A DNA stretch of 64,000 bases from the human T2T-CHM13v2.0 reference genome, Homo sapiens (GCF_009914755.1 NC_060926.1); one strand, 5' to 3'. Shown: positions 27,647-41,321, numbered from the stretch's first letter. Numbers and translations are program-made. Notes: generated by a model not told the origin, from the sequence alone.

Positions 27647-29625
27647 TTTGGCCACATTTAAACATGGGCCCAAACTTTTCAGATTTAAAGTTAACAGACT
27701 GATGTTAGTTAAGCTCAGAGGGAAGGCTTTTCAATGAAGTGAGTTTAAGAGATCAGAGAATTTTAAATCTCATGTTGGTCACCTTTCCTGTTTCATGTTG
27801 TTAATACTTCTCCTCAGGCACCTTGCTAAAACAGCGTTTTCTTATTTAAGGCCTGGCTGGACTATTGCCATGAATAGTATCTCTGAAGTCTGTATTTAGA
27901 GAATAGCATCTCTGAAATCCTATATATTGTTAACTAAAATTAGAAATCATTTGTATTTCTTTTGACTTGCAGCTTGTTAGAGGCTTCTTAGTCATTAGCT
28001 AGAAATGTATTTTTTCTCTTCATGTATTTTCAAAGAAGGATTTATGTAACCATGTTGTCATTTGGGAGGCACTGAGTGTTAAATATCATAGGATGCCAGA
28101 AGCCCACAAGAAGATAAGAACACTCCAGTGAGGACCTCTGAAGAGAAACAGCAAAAGCATCTCCATCCTGCACTGAGTTGTGGGTTATTATTGTCATGGA
28201 GGTGAATAAAGGATGATTTAGGAGATGGTACTATAATGTGGAGGAAACATCCAGCCCATTTATGGTTCAGGAAAAAGGTTTACTCCTTTGAGCTTGGTTG
28301 GGTTAAAACATTGTATTGCCTACTCTCATAATGCTGGAAGTATAAAGAGATCAATAAAGTTTCCTCAGATTCTGTAAGTCAGACTTGGCTCTATTTTCTT
28401 AACATTTCCAGGGAAGTCAAGATCACAAAAAGTGGTTGATTCTGGTGGTGGGAATATTGATATTGATTCTATAATATTACTGTAAATTCTTTCTCCGAGA
28501 TTAAATATATTGTGCACAAGTACTCTGACCACATCTCTAGATTCATTTTATGTAACCTGCTCATGGACTGATCTTTGAATAGCCACCTCTTAGAATCTGC
28601 AACTTTGGACATGTCTGGAAGACTCATTTCCTGTCTAGGACCTGGCAGCATGTCCTGGGAAAATGGAATTAGAAGACCTATTTAGGAGGATACACAAACA
28701 CGTGCCCCCTCCCCCCTGCAAACAACTAGTGAATTATCTGAGAATCACTGGAATCTGCTTCTTCTGCACTGTAGGGACAGCAGCCTTAGTTCCAAAGTTG
28801 GGATCCTGCTGGGAAATCTTTAAAATCACCATCTATAGAGCATACCCAATAAAATCTATATTACACTTATACAAAAACTAATTACCAAGGGTTGGGGCCT
28901 AACACATTTTGACACTTTCTCTTGAAAGAAATGAATATGGAGATCACAACTTTTAAATGTTAGTTATATTTTTGGAGTAATTATAGGTCATTGATTTATC
29001 ACAATAGTTTTTTAGTGAGTAAAACACTTCAATAATAATTGATATTTTAAATCTGACTTCTGGGTCTTTAGAATACTGAATTCCAGAGCCAGAATAGTTT
29101 AATTAATTTAACCACCAGCCTGTAATAGAGTAAGCTTTCAAATGCCTTATTTGCTGCCTTGCTCTGTAGCAAGGAATTTTTTTCTTTTTACTTCTCTGGG
29201 CCTGAATTTTCTCAACTATGTAATTGAACTAAAAACAATGAACAACGCTGCAGAAATGTAGTGAAAGGAAAATTTACTTCGTGGTAAAACAGTGGGCAGT
29301 GTAAAGTATCTGAAAGACTTTTAAAGCAATAAAATATACAATTTTAAATTGTATGGATAATTATGCATTTGAGTGCAGCATGAAGCTTCACTGTTAGAAC
29401 ATTGTTTTTGCTTGTGCTAATAGGTTGTGTCGCATCTTTTTTTGTTGTTTTTTTGTTTGTTTGTTTTTGTCTCTGGGCTCTGAAGATTGAAGTTTATTAA
29501 TTGCTGAGAAGGAAATAAGTGAGTATATTTCTTTTTAAAAATTTAACAACACCATCAGTGGTGCATATTTATTTAAGGACATTTGGTTATAATTAAGCAA
29601 CATGGCTGCCTTAAGATTATTTTAG

Positions 29626-29915
29626 GGCCAGGTGTGGTGGCCCATGCCTGTAATCCCAGCACTTTGGGAGACTGAGGCAGGAAGATCACTTGAGGCCAGG
29701 AGTTCAAGACCAGCCTGGGGAACAGAGCAAGACCTTTATCTCTACAAAAAAAAAAAATTAAAAATTAGCCAAGCATAGTCAGCACACCTATAGTCAAGCT
29801 ACTTGGGAGGCTGAGGCAGGAAGATTGCTTGAGCCAGGAGGTCAAGCCTGCAGTGAGCCATGATCATACCACTGTATCCAGCCTGGATGACAGAGCAAGA
29901 CCCTATTTCAAAAAG
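29626..29915 (+). mobile_element. AluJ SINE
   Basis: Dimeric Alu with J-type features (gaagatcacttgaggccaggagttc, gattgcttgagcc, gtgagccatgatc). Confidence 0.9.
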
Positions 29916-30184
29916 AATATATATATTTTTAGGATTTTACACTTGAGAGCTGGTCTAATGATTTCTGGATGATGATTCTTATTTCCAGACATAATTGAAA
30001 GAGTGAATTAAAGAATTTAGCATTCTGGGTGTGGCAGGAACAACGTCATACACATTCTTGGCGAGAAAAATCATACATTTCCTAGTTCTCGAGGATTTCT
30101 TTTAGTTCCATGTTTCCTCCAGGCCAACAGTAAGATGTTTTCACTTTTCTTTCTTTCTTTCTTTCTTTTTTTTTTTTTTTTCAG

Positions 30185-30246
30185 AAGAGGTGTGGTGGAA
30201 AGGTCTTCCAGAACCAGAGGCTAAGCACACAGCAGTACAAATATAA
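30185..30246 (+). CDS. Candidate alternative terminal coding exon of UBE2E3
   Basis: A ~40-nt pure pyrimidine tract and CAG precede it. Spliced to the phase-1 donor at 15138 it reads EEVWWKGLPEPEAKHTAVQI*. AATAAA is at 30545-30550. Usage is inferred. Confidence 0.4.
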
Positions 30247-30825
30247 ATTCTTTATTCCAGCTTCCAGAATTCCTCCTCTTCAGCCTTGCCTGCTCACTGG
30301 AATAATGAAGCAATTAAACAGTGGTGTAAAGAAGTTCCATCCAGTGGTTGAAGTTCAATAGAAAACAAGGAAATAGGCTGATGTATATCAAATACACCAT
30401 CGGCACTCTGAGTCCTTCCCAGGTTCCCTAAAGGGGGAGGAGGGGACACCGTTTTAGATTTAATTTGTACTGTACCTGATATGATTGTGATAATTTTCCA
30501 ATGAATAATTGTTAATCTTACCTAATTAAAATAATTATATGTTAAATAAAATATGCAGATGTTAAATTGACTTCCTCCTGGGGCCACTTAGCATTTATTT
30601 CTTGTTACCTGTGGAAGGACAGAAAGCAAACACAGAAGCCATGTTTTTACTGATGCTGCTGCATTGGGAAAGCCCAGGGTAATAGAAACATTTTGTTTTA
30701 TATTTTTATTCCAAAGTAAATACAGTATATTAAATGAGCAGGTTTAAATAAATGCTTAGTGACATGCCAAATAGCTTACATATATGCTTAAAGGAGCTTT
30801 CCTTCTGGAATTAATAAAATTCTAA

Positions 30826-30841
30826 CCACAAGGAGGTGCAG
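30826..30841 (+). promoter_or_regulatory. Weaker CTCF-like motif (forward)
   Basis: CCACAAGGAGGTGCAG matches CCACNAGGNGGYRC. Confidence 0.4.
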
Positions 30842-31297
30842 AAGTTAATTCAAGGGATGTAGTGGAAACCCTGGAAGGCTTGCCTCCTATGTCCCCTTCC
30901 CTCATTTCTCCTCCCCTCCCCTTCCTTCTTCCTTTCTTCCCTCCACCGTTGCCTGCATTCACTATAAAAAGTAAATAGGAAGTGAGCACATAATTACATG
31001 TTGCTCCTTTAGATTCTGAATTAGTGGGATATTTTTTGGGATCTCTCAAACCACAACATGAAACAGTTTTTCACCACTCCCACCTCTAATATTCCGTCTT
31101 TTTATGTTTTGTGAATTGGCGAGTGTTTCTAATTGAACAAGCAAAACTTAAGTATACAAGAAATGTACATTTATTTAATCTTTTAAAAATCTTTTTCTTG
31201 ATGCCTTGCATAAAAAACAAAAAGGTGCTTTTTCTTTCTGCCCCATCAGAACTGTGGTTATTTTTGGGTGTGTGATATCCTTTCACACACCACGAAT

Positions 31298-31316
31298 CTC
31301 CACTAGATGTCAGTGT
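31298..31316 (+). promoter_or_regulatory. CTCF motif (forward)
   Basis: CTCCACTAGATGTCAGTGT, a common CTCF core variant in unique sequence. Confidence 0.6.
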
Positions 31317-32325
31317 GTCACTAAATGAAAACAGTTTAGCATGCTCTCCAGACTTGTTCTTGAAACGTACTGGAAAGGTAAACTCATTTATAGTTTTTAA
31401 CCAGAATGATACAGAGATGTTTTAGTAGGACAAGTTAGTAATAAGTGGTATTTATCCTAATGAATATTAATAACAAATGAAATCTTCTGCTTAAAAAATC
31501 CAGTATCTTTCATCTGAGGATGTTGAAATGCTTATGAATATTCTTGCTTTTTTGCCATCATATCCACAAAGAATTAGAATGCTAATAAGATCTTCCTTTT
31601 ACAGTAGACTTAACCTGAATTGCATGGGGCAAAAACGATAGGACCAAGATGAATCACAGTCGATGTATGGTGGAACCAGACTGGTACTTCTTTCATCGCA
31701 GACCCTACTCTACCTAGATAATGCTGCCTTTCCTTTGGTGTTTATGGTGTACTTAGATGCAGATGTCCTTTGAAGAAGTCTGTCATTTGTATTAATGCCT
31801 TCCTTATTCAATAAGCTCAACAAGAGTGGAATAAGAACGATGAGATAGTTGGTTAAGTTACTGTGGGGATGTTTATACCAGAAAACTTAAAAAGCAAAGT
31901 GTATACAGGAAAAAGTACTAAAATTACTTGTGCAAAAGACATTTGATAATAACTTTAAATTGTTTTATGCAGATTTGAGAATCTGCATTCATAATTTTAA
32001 GATTTTATAATGATTGCATAAAAATAATGCTAAGCAACCAAGAAGATAACAATATTTTACATATACTCTTTTAGGGACAGTGAACTCAAACTAAAGAGAG
32101 CCTCGTATTAGTTCATTTACTCAAGTGGAGAAGGAAGGAAAGGAAGTTGTAATTTGGTCTGATGGTTGAAACTCTTAGGTCTATGAGGATTATGGTGTAA
32201 GTTTTACACTGTATAATTTCCTTAAAGAGAAGTCTGCATAAATTCTTTATATTAGGCCTTAACTAGTGATTTCCTCTAAATTGTATGAATACACAGGTTA
32301 CAACTATGTAAAAAGTATGTTTGTG

Positions 32326-32422
32326 AATAAAGATTAAGAGAATACATAGAAAAAAAGGTTAGAGAATAACCTTTCTAAAAAGGTTGGAAAATAAAGATTA
32401 AGAGAATACACAGAAAAAAAGG
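32326..32422. repeat. 33-bp direct repeat pair with a 31-bp spacer
   Basis: aataaagattaagagaataca(t/c)agaaaaaaagg at 32326-32358 and 32390-32422 (32/33 identical). Confidence 0.9.
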
Positions 32423-33589
32423 AACTATGGGTAAATATAATTTCCTCTTTATTTGGCAATATTGTTTTTATAAATATAAAGGGAAAAATTGTTTTTCCTT
32501 TATTGTCCGTGTTGTAAAAATTTGCCACAATCTCAACTTTAGAAGGGCTTACTCATATCATTGAGGTGCATTGTAAACAATTGTAATTCAAGAAGATAGG
32601 CTTCATGCTTAGTTTGTTTACCAGCGTTTCAGTTTAAATCATAAAAATCAAAGTAGAAGTACCTGGTCAGATTTTCAAACTTTAGGTAAAGATAAATGAT
32701 TGCCCAAATCCCAGCAGCCTCTTTGCTGTAGTATTTAGTGCATTATTGGTGTTCAGTAAATTTTGATGAAGAAATCTTTAATAAATGAAGCCATCCTTAG
32801 CTTGTGTTTTCATTTTAAATGGTTTAATTTTAAAACAGTTACTAGCAAAATCAAGAGAATACCAAAATTAAAATTGCTATTTATTTTGCATGCTTGGACC
32901 TATATTTAGATGCAGAACTTGTATTATAACAAATCATGCATGCATCAGATTGAAGTATAAAATGGTAGCATTTCATATATAGAAAACTTGTACTATATGT
33001 CTTATTCAAGTAATAACAGTATAGTCACCATTGAATTATGCATGAAAACTTTATGAACAGAAACACAACTGGTCAGTGATTATCAGAATAGGTTAAAAAA
33101 CTTGTGTATTATAATTGGCTAAAAAACTTTAAAAACCATGCCACCATCTCCATCCTATAATCATAATATTTGGAAACTTGGATTTCCAGATTTGGGCATA
33201 GGGTGTATGGAGGAGGCAGGAGTGTTTGATTCCAGGACTTTCCAGGGTACTGTAAAGTGCTGATGTGTATAGGACTTTCAAAATCACCCCAACCCCTAGG
33301 TGTATATTTAAGTTAATTTTTGGACTCTTGAAACCACTGCAATGTTACTGGCTAGACCACCTAGAATACTGGGCTCATACTGGTCTGGGGTTATCAGATA
33401 GTTGAAGAAAATCTAGGTGACAGGTCAGTGGAGGTGAATTCTTTGTGCAATCATTTCTTGTTTATAAAGGAAAGGAGTCAATATATTCATGTCTGATTTG
33501 TAGAATATAAAAAATCCAGCCCCCACAAAACCTTGAGTTACTCCACCAGTTTCTCACTCTGCCTAGAATCTCACATTAGAGAGTCATTC

Positions 33590-34510
33590 AAGGAAAAATG
33601 ACAGAAAAAAAAATCCAGTTTGAAAATGGGCAGATGATCTCACTAGACATTTTTCCAAGAAGAAGACAAATAGCCAATGACTACATGAAAAAGTGCCCAA
33701 AATCACTAATCTTCAGGGAAATGCAAATCAAAGCCATAATGAGATATCTTCTCACCCCAGTTATAATGGCTGTTATCAGACCAATGAAAAACAATGCATG
33801 CTGGCGAGGATTTAGAGGAAGGGAAACACTCCCACACTGTTGATGGGAATGTGAAGTAGTACAGCCATTCTGGAAAACAGTCCAGAGGTTCCTCAGAAAA
33901 ACTAAAAATAGAACTACCTTACAATCCAGCAATCCTACTTTTGAGTATTTATCTGAAGGAAAATAAATCAGTATATCAAAGAGATATCTACACTCCCATG
34001 TTGCAGCACTATTCACAGTAGCCAAGATAATGGAATCATCCTAAGTGTCCATCAGTAGGTGAATGGATAAAATGTGGTATATATACACAATGCAGTTCTA
34101 TTTAGCCATAAGAAATACACATTTTCACTCATGTAATCTAAAAAACATGATCTCTTAAAGGTAGAAGTAGAGTAGAATAGTGGTTACTAGAGGCTGGGAA
34201 GGGCAGGAGAGAAGGGATGGTAGGGAGAGGTTGCTTAACAGACATAAAATATTACAGCTAGATAAGAGAATCAGTTCTAGTGTAGTGTTTCATAGCATTC
34301 TTGAGGGACTATAGTTAACACTATTTATTGTATATTTTCAAATAGCTAGAAAAGAGGACTTTGAATGCTCCCAACACAATGATAAATGATAGAGGTGATG
34401 GATATGCTAATTACTCTGAATTACTCTGTTAATTATACTTTGTATACATGTATCAAAATATCACTGTACCCCATAAGTATGTACAATTATTGTATCAATT
34501 TAAGAAAAGC
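33590..34510 (+). mobile_element. L1MA-type 5'-truncated LINE-1
   Basis: The ORF2 C-terminal remnant (ORF 33598-33843 ...REMQIKAIMRYLLTPV...) is followed by an L1MA 3' UTR (attacagctagataag...gaggtgatggatatgctaattac). Confidence 0.8.
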
Positions 34511-34530
34511 CTCATGAGATAAAGGCTTTT

Positions 34531-34558
34531 TATAGAATATATATATATATATTCTATA
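34531..34558. repeat. Perfect 28-bp AT-rich palindrome
   Basis: TATAGAATATATATATATATATTCTATA equals its own reverse complement. Confidence 0.9.
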
Positions 34559-35018
34559 TATATATATGGTCATCTCCAGAAATCTTTTTAATGCCAATAT
34601 TATACGAATTCAAAGCACATTGAATTTTACCAGTAACTATACACTAAAACTTATTAGCTCATAGAAATCACTTCCTGTCCCTGCGCCTGCCTGAAACACG
34701 TTGTTGGGTAAATAAGGATTTTGGTATGGGAGAGGGGAGAGAGGCCCAGGGCACTGTAGCTACTGCGGGACAGGACAGGCCCCTGGGGGAACACTCCCTC
34801 AGAAAACAGGAGATCAGCATCCTTTCAGTTTCCAACTTGGACTTGAAATCCCATAGGGACCTTCCTAAAATGTAGACTGATTCTGTAGGGCTGGGGCAGA
34901 AAAGTCTGTGTTTCTAACAAGTTCCCAGGTGGTGTCTATGTTGCTGTTATGGGGGAACAAACATAATCTGATTGTCCATGGCAAGCCTTGTAACCCAGCA
35001 CCCAGAAGTCCTTTAAAC

Positions 35019-35177
35019 CAGAAGTTCTAGCACTTCAGTGAGACTAAGAATCACCTGGACACCTTGTTAAAAACAGAGATCCCTGGGCCCCATCTCAGAG
35101 ATTCTAATTCAGCAGGTGAGGGTCACAAATCTGTATTCTTAACTGCTGATGCTAGGGCCAGGCTTCAAGTAGCAATG
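35019..35177. mobile_element. MER5A-like hAT MITE
   Basis: agaatcacctgga...ttgttaaaaacaga...ctgggcccca..cagagattctaattcagcagg. TSD ctttaaac/ctttagac (7/8). A second MER5 fragment lies at ~34830-34950. Confidence 0.75.
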
Positions 35178-36609
35178 CTTTAGACGAGACATTCCCAAGC
35201 CATATGTGCAATCCTGACAGAGCACCTGATATTCCAATATATCCTTGAGTTCTAAGTTATAGGTGTTTTGTGACATGCTGCAAAGGTGAGCCCAACATTC
35301 TCGTTTTTGCCAAAATAATAATTATCCAGAAGATCTTTCCATTCAAGCTCTCAAGATGTCTTTCGTGTCTTTTTTAGCTCAGCCACTAACAGGAAGATAA
35401 GATTTAGTACTGATGGCTTGTATACTGTTATCGGGAGGATAAAGAAAAGAAATTCAGTGGGCAGTAGATCATCATTTCCTGGCTGTGGTGTGTTGCATTG
35501 TTTGAAATCCACAACTTGCTTAAGGACATTTAGCCAGAGTTAGCAATGATACTGTTTTAAATGTTGCAGACTTTTCTTGGCAAAATCTTTCCAAAATTGA
35601 TAGAAATATTTTAAGAACTTGGAAATGTATTGAAAAAAATATCCATAGGCAACTGGGGAAAACTTCTTAAAGTTATTATCTCCTTAGAGCAATGTTTATT
35701 CCATTCTTAAAGGATAAAGATGGAGCTAAATATAGAAGTATTTTAACTTCACATAAATTAACATGAGAGAAAATTTCAGTCAATTATTATTGCAATAGCT
35801 TAAAATACAAAACTGTTACTTGATTTTTGTTTCCAACCAGCAGTTCCCTCTTTATTTTAATCGGTTTTATTTTCTTCAGTGTTTCTGAATGTATTATTAT
35901 GAGAAAATATGGTTATAGTTCCTTGACATTTACATAGCAGTATTTGATAATAATCTCTTTAAGGATTATCACATTTTAACTTTTCTCAAAGATTAAAGCA
36001 TATTCAATATGGAAATTATATTTTTTTCATTTTTAAAATAAGTTTTACTTCTTTCATTAATATACAGTTATTCTATTTGAGCTGTAGTGTTCTGTAATTT
36101 GTAAAATTTCTCTCAGTGGGCATGCATTTAACAATATTAGCTTTCCCCACTGGAGGTTTGTGAGAGAACTAATAAAGTATTCCATGCCACAACTGGGTAC
36201 TACAATTGGAAATAGCTAAGCAACCTTGGTTTCATAACATAACAACATGTACTATTTGAAAACTACAATAATAAGATTTACCAAATATTGCTTGTTAGAG
36301 GCTGGTCTAAATAGCAAAGCATTGCTATTCTGAACAAATCTATCCAAAGCATATTTTTTTCCTTCCATAAAGTAAAAATCTCTAGGTTATCTACTATATT
36401 GGATGGATTTCTTGGATAACTTTCAACGTTAATAGTTTAGTTACATACTATTGTATCAGTATAAAAGATTTTAAAATGAGAAATCTCCTCAACCTCATCA
36501 ACCCAATTAGTTGCCAGCTGTTTAACCTTGGGAGCATTGCTTAACCAATTTCCTTTGTTATATGTTATAACCAGGCTTTTTCCTTAATAGAAATGACTTC
36601 AGTCGGTCA

Positions 36610-36780
36610 TTAGGGTATTTCCTCATTTGTATGACTATTTGATTGTCTGTCTTCCGTGCCTGGGCTTCTGAACCACATGAACTCAAGGACTAAAGCTTCT
36701 CACTCTTCATTGCATCTCCAGAGTCCCGCATATTGTTTAACTTTGTAGTAGCTCAATAAATACTTAGTAGTTATTTGGAA
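36610..36780 (+). mobile_element. L2 3'-end fragment
   Basis: tgtctgtcttcc...catgaactcaaggac...gtagctcaataaatactt. Confidence 0.5.
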
Positions 36781-38139
36781 TTAAAGACTTATCTATACTC
36801 ATATGTAACATATTATTTCCTTAGACCATCAGCCTTGGGAGCAAGTCAGAATGTGTTAGTAGTTATTTTGTGCCTCAGTCCCCAAAATTTCTTTCTCTAG
36901 TTCAAATAAAGGAGGACTGATTGCTTGGAAACTTCCCAACTGCCATATTCCTTCTGTTAAAATGTGGTTGCTTTGACATTCTCTGATTGACTTTCAGAGT
37001 AGCCCTGAGAACCCACAGGCCGTGGCTGCTGCAGCAGGTGGAGCTCCCACCACCCCTGGACCTGGGGTGCCTCACTTCACATGAAGCTGCCTTCACCAAG
37101 GAGATGGGAGCTGTCAGATGCTTGCGGAGTCAACTTTCTCCTCCATGTCCGTACTTTTCTGCTTCCACTCCCTGTAAACCCAGCAGCCTCTCCATAGCTA
37201 GGGACTGCTGAGATGTTGTATTTATCTTATCCTAGGCTACAAATAGGCTCCTTGGAAACAGGGTTGTCATTTTTCTATATTCATTGTCTAACTTGATGAC
37301 ATACATTTTTATGCCTGTAACAAATTATGCTAACAAAGCATATTTGAGAGAGATTTTCCTACCTCTGTGTCCAGGGACTTGGGGCTTTCAGGTCTGTTTC
37401 TTCTCCTGGAAACTCAAATTCTCCAAAGCCTATCACCGAAAGGTTTACCTAAGCACAGTTTCCACTGCTTCTGAAGTCATTTTGTGAGTTGTTTCTGACT
37501 GTTCTCAACTCAACCCAGCCTAAGAATTTTCTTTCCCTCTCCCTCTGTGTCCTCCCTCCTTCACTTCTGGATCCTCTGCCTGGCCAGCCAGGTGTCTCCC
37601 ACTCCCTGGCATAATTTCCTGTGGGAGAGAGGAAGAGGACTTTTGACTACAGACGTGTGAACTCGTATCTTAAAATATGACATCAAGAAATATACAGAGG
37701 CAATGTTTTGCATCAAATTTGTTTCTACATTTAGTATTGTTGCTATTTCTTTGAGGTTATAGATATAAAATACATGAAGACTTTTACAAGTTTAAAATTA
37801 AAAGATACGTAAACCAGGTCTTGGATTCATATTATCTTGGGCCATCTGTATAGTTTGAATTTCTTTTTTTATTAATAGGAAAACTTTGTTTTAGACCTCA
37901 AGAACGCTGGCCATCCCTGTCATTTTCATCTAATCATTTAATTCCTTTATCCTTGTATTTTTTACAGTGTAATCTACTTAATTGTATTAATTAAATCTTT
38001 AGTTTTATCCTCTGTAGAGAGAATGAATGATTTGATAGTTGCCTTCAAGCTTTTAACAAGATTTTTGGTGGGTTTTTGTTTGTTTGTTTGTTTCCAGTTT
38101 ATGAGAAGCAAACAGAATTTGCTGAAGGGAAACTGTTGA

Positions 38140-38315
38140 TAACAAGACTGGGCATGTAGCATGACAGAGCATTGGGCTCTCCAACCCACACTAGCTGTTT
38201 AACCTTGGGAACATTGCTTAACTCTCTGGTCTCAATTTTTCATCTGTAAGATGCAAATGTCAATAGTACTTATTTTGTAGAGTTGCTACAATGATTGAAT
38301 GAGATAATGATTGTA
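38140..38315 (+). mobile_element. MIR SINE
   Basis: ctagctgtttaaccttgggaacattgcttaactctctggtctcaatttttcatctgtaagatg. Confidence 0.7.
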
Positions 38316-38332
38316 AAAAAAAAGCAAACACA

Positions 38333-38657
<325 letters not shown>

Positions 38658-40849
38658 CAAACACAATATCAAACAGCTCCTTCAAGTCTTCATTTTCAGA
38701 AAAGGAACCCTATTTCCTAGACAATCTGACTAATCCAGTTCTTTTTCTTGCTTTAATCTCCTGATTAACTGAAGCGATTCCACTTTGTCATAGCTAGCTT
38801 ATTTATTTATTGGGCATAAGTATTTCCGACCATAGATAAACTTTTTTAAAAACCTACAAAAAAAGGGAGATTAGAGCAGTCAAGTAAATTGTCATGATGC
38901 CTCATTGTCATGAGGTTGCAGAAGGAACATGCCTCTGCCTGAATCCTAGAATGCACTCTTGTCATAACCTCATCAAACTGCCTTGTATTCGGCAAATGTT
39001 TGAATAAATCTGTTAATCTCTGGGAAGTCCTAAATGTGTTTATCCCTTTTGAGGGCAGATTTCCTAGGCCATACACAATGAACCTCTCCCAGGGTCTCAA
39101 GCAGGCTGGTTTTCTTTTCCTACTAGCTCTAAGTTTGCCACTGCTGGTTTTATAACTGTGCTGTCAATAATTGGCATCACTCCCTCAAGACAGTTCTAGG
39201 AGTTGACAGCAGCAAGAATAAGGCAACAGGATTCTTGTTTTTGGATCATTACTTTATATTTTGTATAACTATTTAATATCTAGGTTCAACATGTACAACA
39301 GATATATTAATTTCTGAAAATCATTTCATGTTTACTGGTTTTCTAATGTGTAGTCTCTGTTGTTTAGCTTTCAGAAGTGATTTGGAAGAACCAAGGTAAG
39401 AAGGTAGGGTAGTTACACTTTAAGATAAATCTTTTGAGATGTTATTCATTCTTACATACATCATTCGTTTTTTTTCTACTTTTAGAGAAATTTTTTTCTC
39501 TGAAAATATCTCTTGATTCCTTTTTTCCAAGCATCCACATTTCTGATTAACATAGCTATTTTTTTGTATCTTGATTCCCTTAATTAAAACAAATTCATAC
39601 AAAACTCCTTTCAGTCAAGTTGAAACAATGTGTTATAGCTCATAGTGTCTGTAAAAGGAGTGATTTGTTTATCTTACCCGAGGAGTAAGCTGGCAGTGGG
39701 CTTTTATTTTTTATTTTTTCCTTTTGCACAGGTGGCCTTAGGAGCAGCATAAGAAGGAAGGGGCAAGTATTGATTATATACATTAAAGATGGTGACTCTT
39801 CAGGACTCTACTGGGAGCTCTTGTTAAAAGGTTGCTCTGTAACTCCTACAGCAGTGATCCAGATGAAGGAACACAACCACAGGGAATAACCAAGGTGCAC
39901 CGGGGCATAGTCTTGACTGTGGCACTGTGTCATTCAGCTTCCTTGTTACCCTGGGGAAGACTGTGCTGCACTGAATAATCAAAGGCTTTGTGACACTCAG
40001 AGCATGAAACATCACTGTCTTCCCTGTAGAGGAATAGAGAGGATGGACATTCTAGTTAAAGGACACATCACATTTAGAGGCCTATTAGAGCAGATAGCAG
40101 TCAGTGAGGGTTTTAGGAGCAGAGGTGATATACTTGGTGACTAATTGGATAAGAAGTATGAAGAAGGAGGTGGATTTTTAAACGACCCTAAGTCTTTTAG
40201 TTCAGGTAACTTGCTATATCAATCAAGAAAGGAGTTATCACTAAGGAAAAGAGTAAGAGCAGGAAAAGGAGAGAACTCACTACTACTGTGCCTGGTCATC
40301 ACCATATATGATTTCATGATTCTCTGAAAATTCCAATGAAGGAGACATAATAAGACTAAGTGATTTGTCCAAGTTTACACAGCTAAAGAGACCAGGATTC
40401 AAGCTCAGGACCTTTTAACTGCAAAGCCAGTGCCATTTTGTTACAACGTCATGGTGAGTAGAAACATAAGCCACACTATCTTGGTAAGGATGCTACTAGA
40501 GTTGTGCCCCAATCGTATAATACAAACCTGTCAAATGAATAGAACTATGCCAATAAAAAGAAAGTAATAGTTATTGTAAAGACTCGATGTCTGCAACAAC
40601 CTGCCCATTCATACTTTCTCAGTTTGCTTCAAATGCTGAATATTTAATTAAAGAGAAACTTTCTTGGGCACACAATTGAATCACTGAAAAGACAGTGCTG
40701 CAGTGTTTTGCTGTTTTACTAGTTATAAAATTGGCCACAGACCTTGAAACTAAATATCAAACATTCCTGTACTGAACCAACTGCCGTTAGTAAGCTGTTC
40801 TTATATTGAACCTTTGTTCCTGGAAATTTTTGCATTAGAAATCCTTCCT

Positions 40850-41183
<334 letters not shown>

Positions 41184-41321
41184 TCAACATGTTGCTTCAG
41201 ATAGGATAAGCTGCCATAGAATACAGATTGGTTCAGGTCCTAAACAATATTGGGGGAAACTCATCATTACTTCCATTTCCCATCATAGAGAACATAGAGT
41301 CTATGTTGTACAAGATCCAAA

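Noticed and set aside
30128-30184. Possible mini-intron from CA|GTAAGA (30130) to the acceptor at 30184
   Set aside because: 55 nt is below the usual minimum human intron length.
32326-32422. CRISPR-like repeat-spacer-repeat (33 bp / 31 bp)
   Set aside because: Only two copies, in mammalian DNA, with no cas genes, and the spacer derives from local sequence. It is a local duplication.
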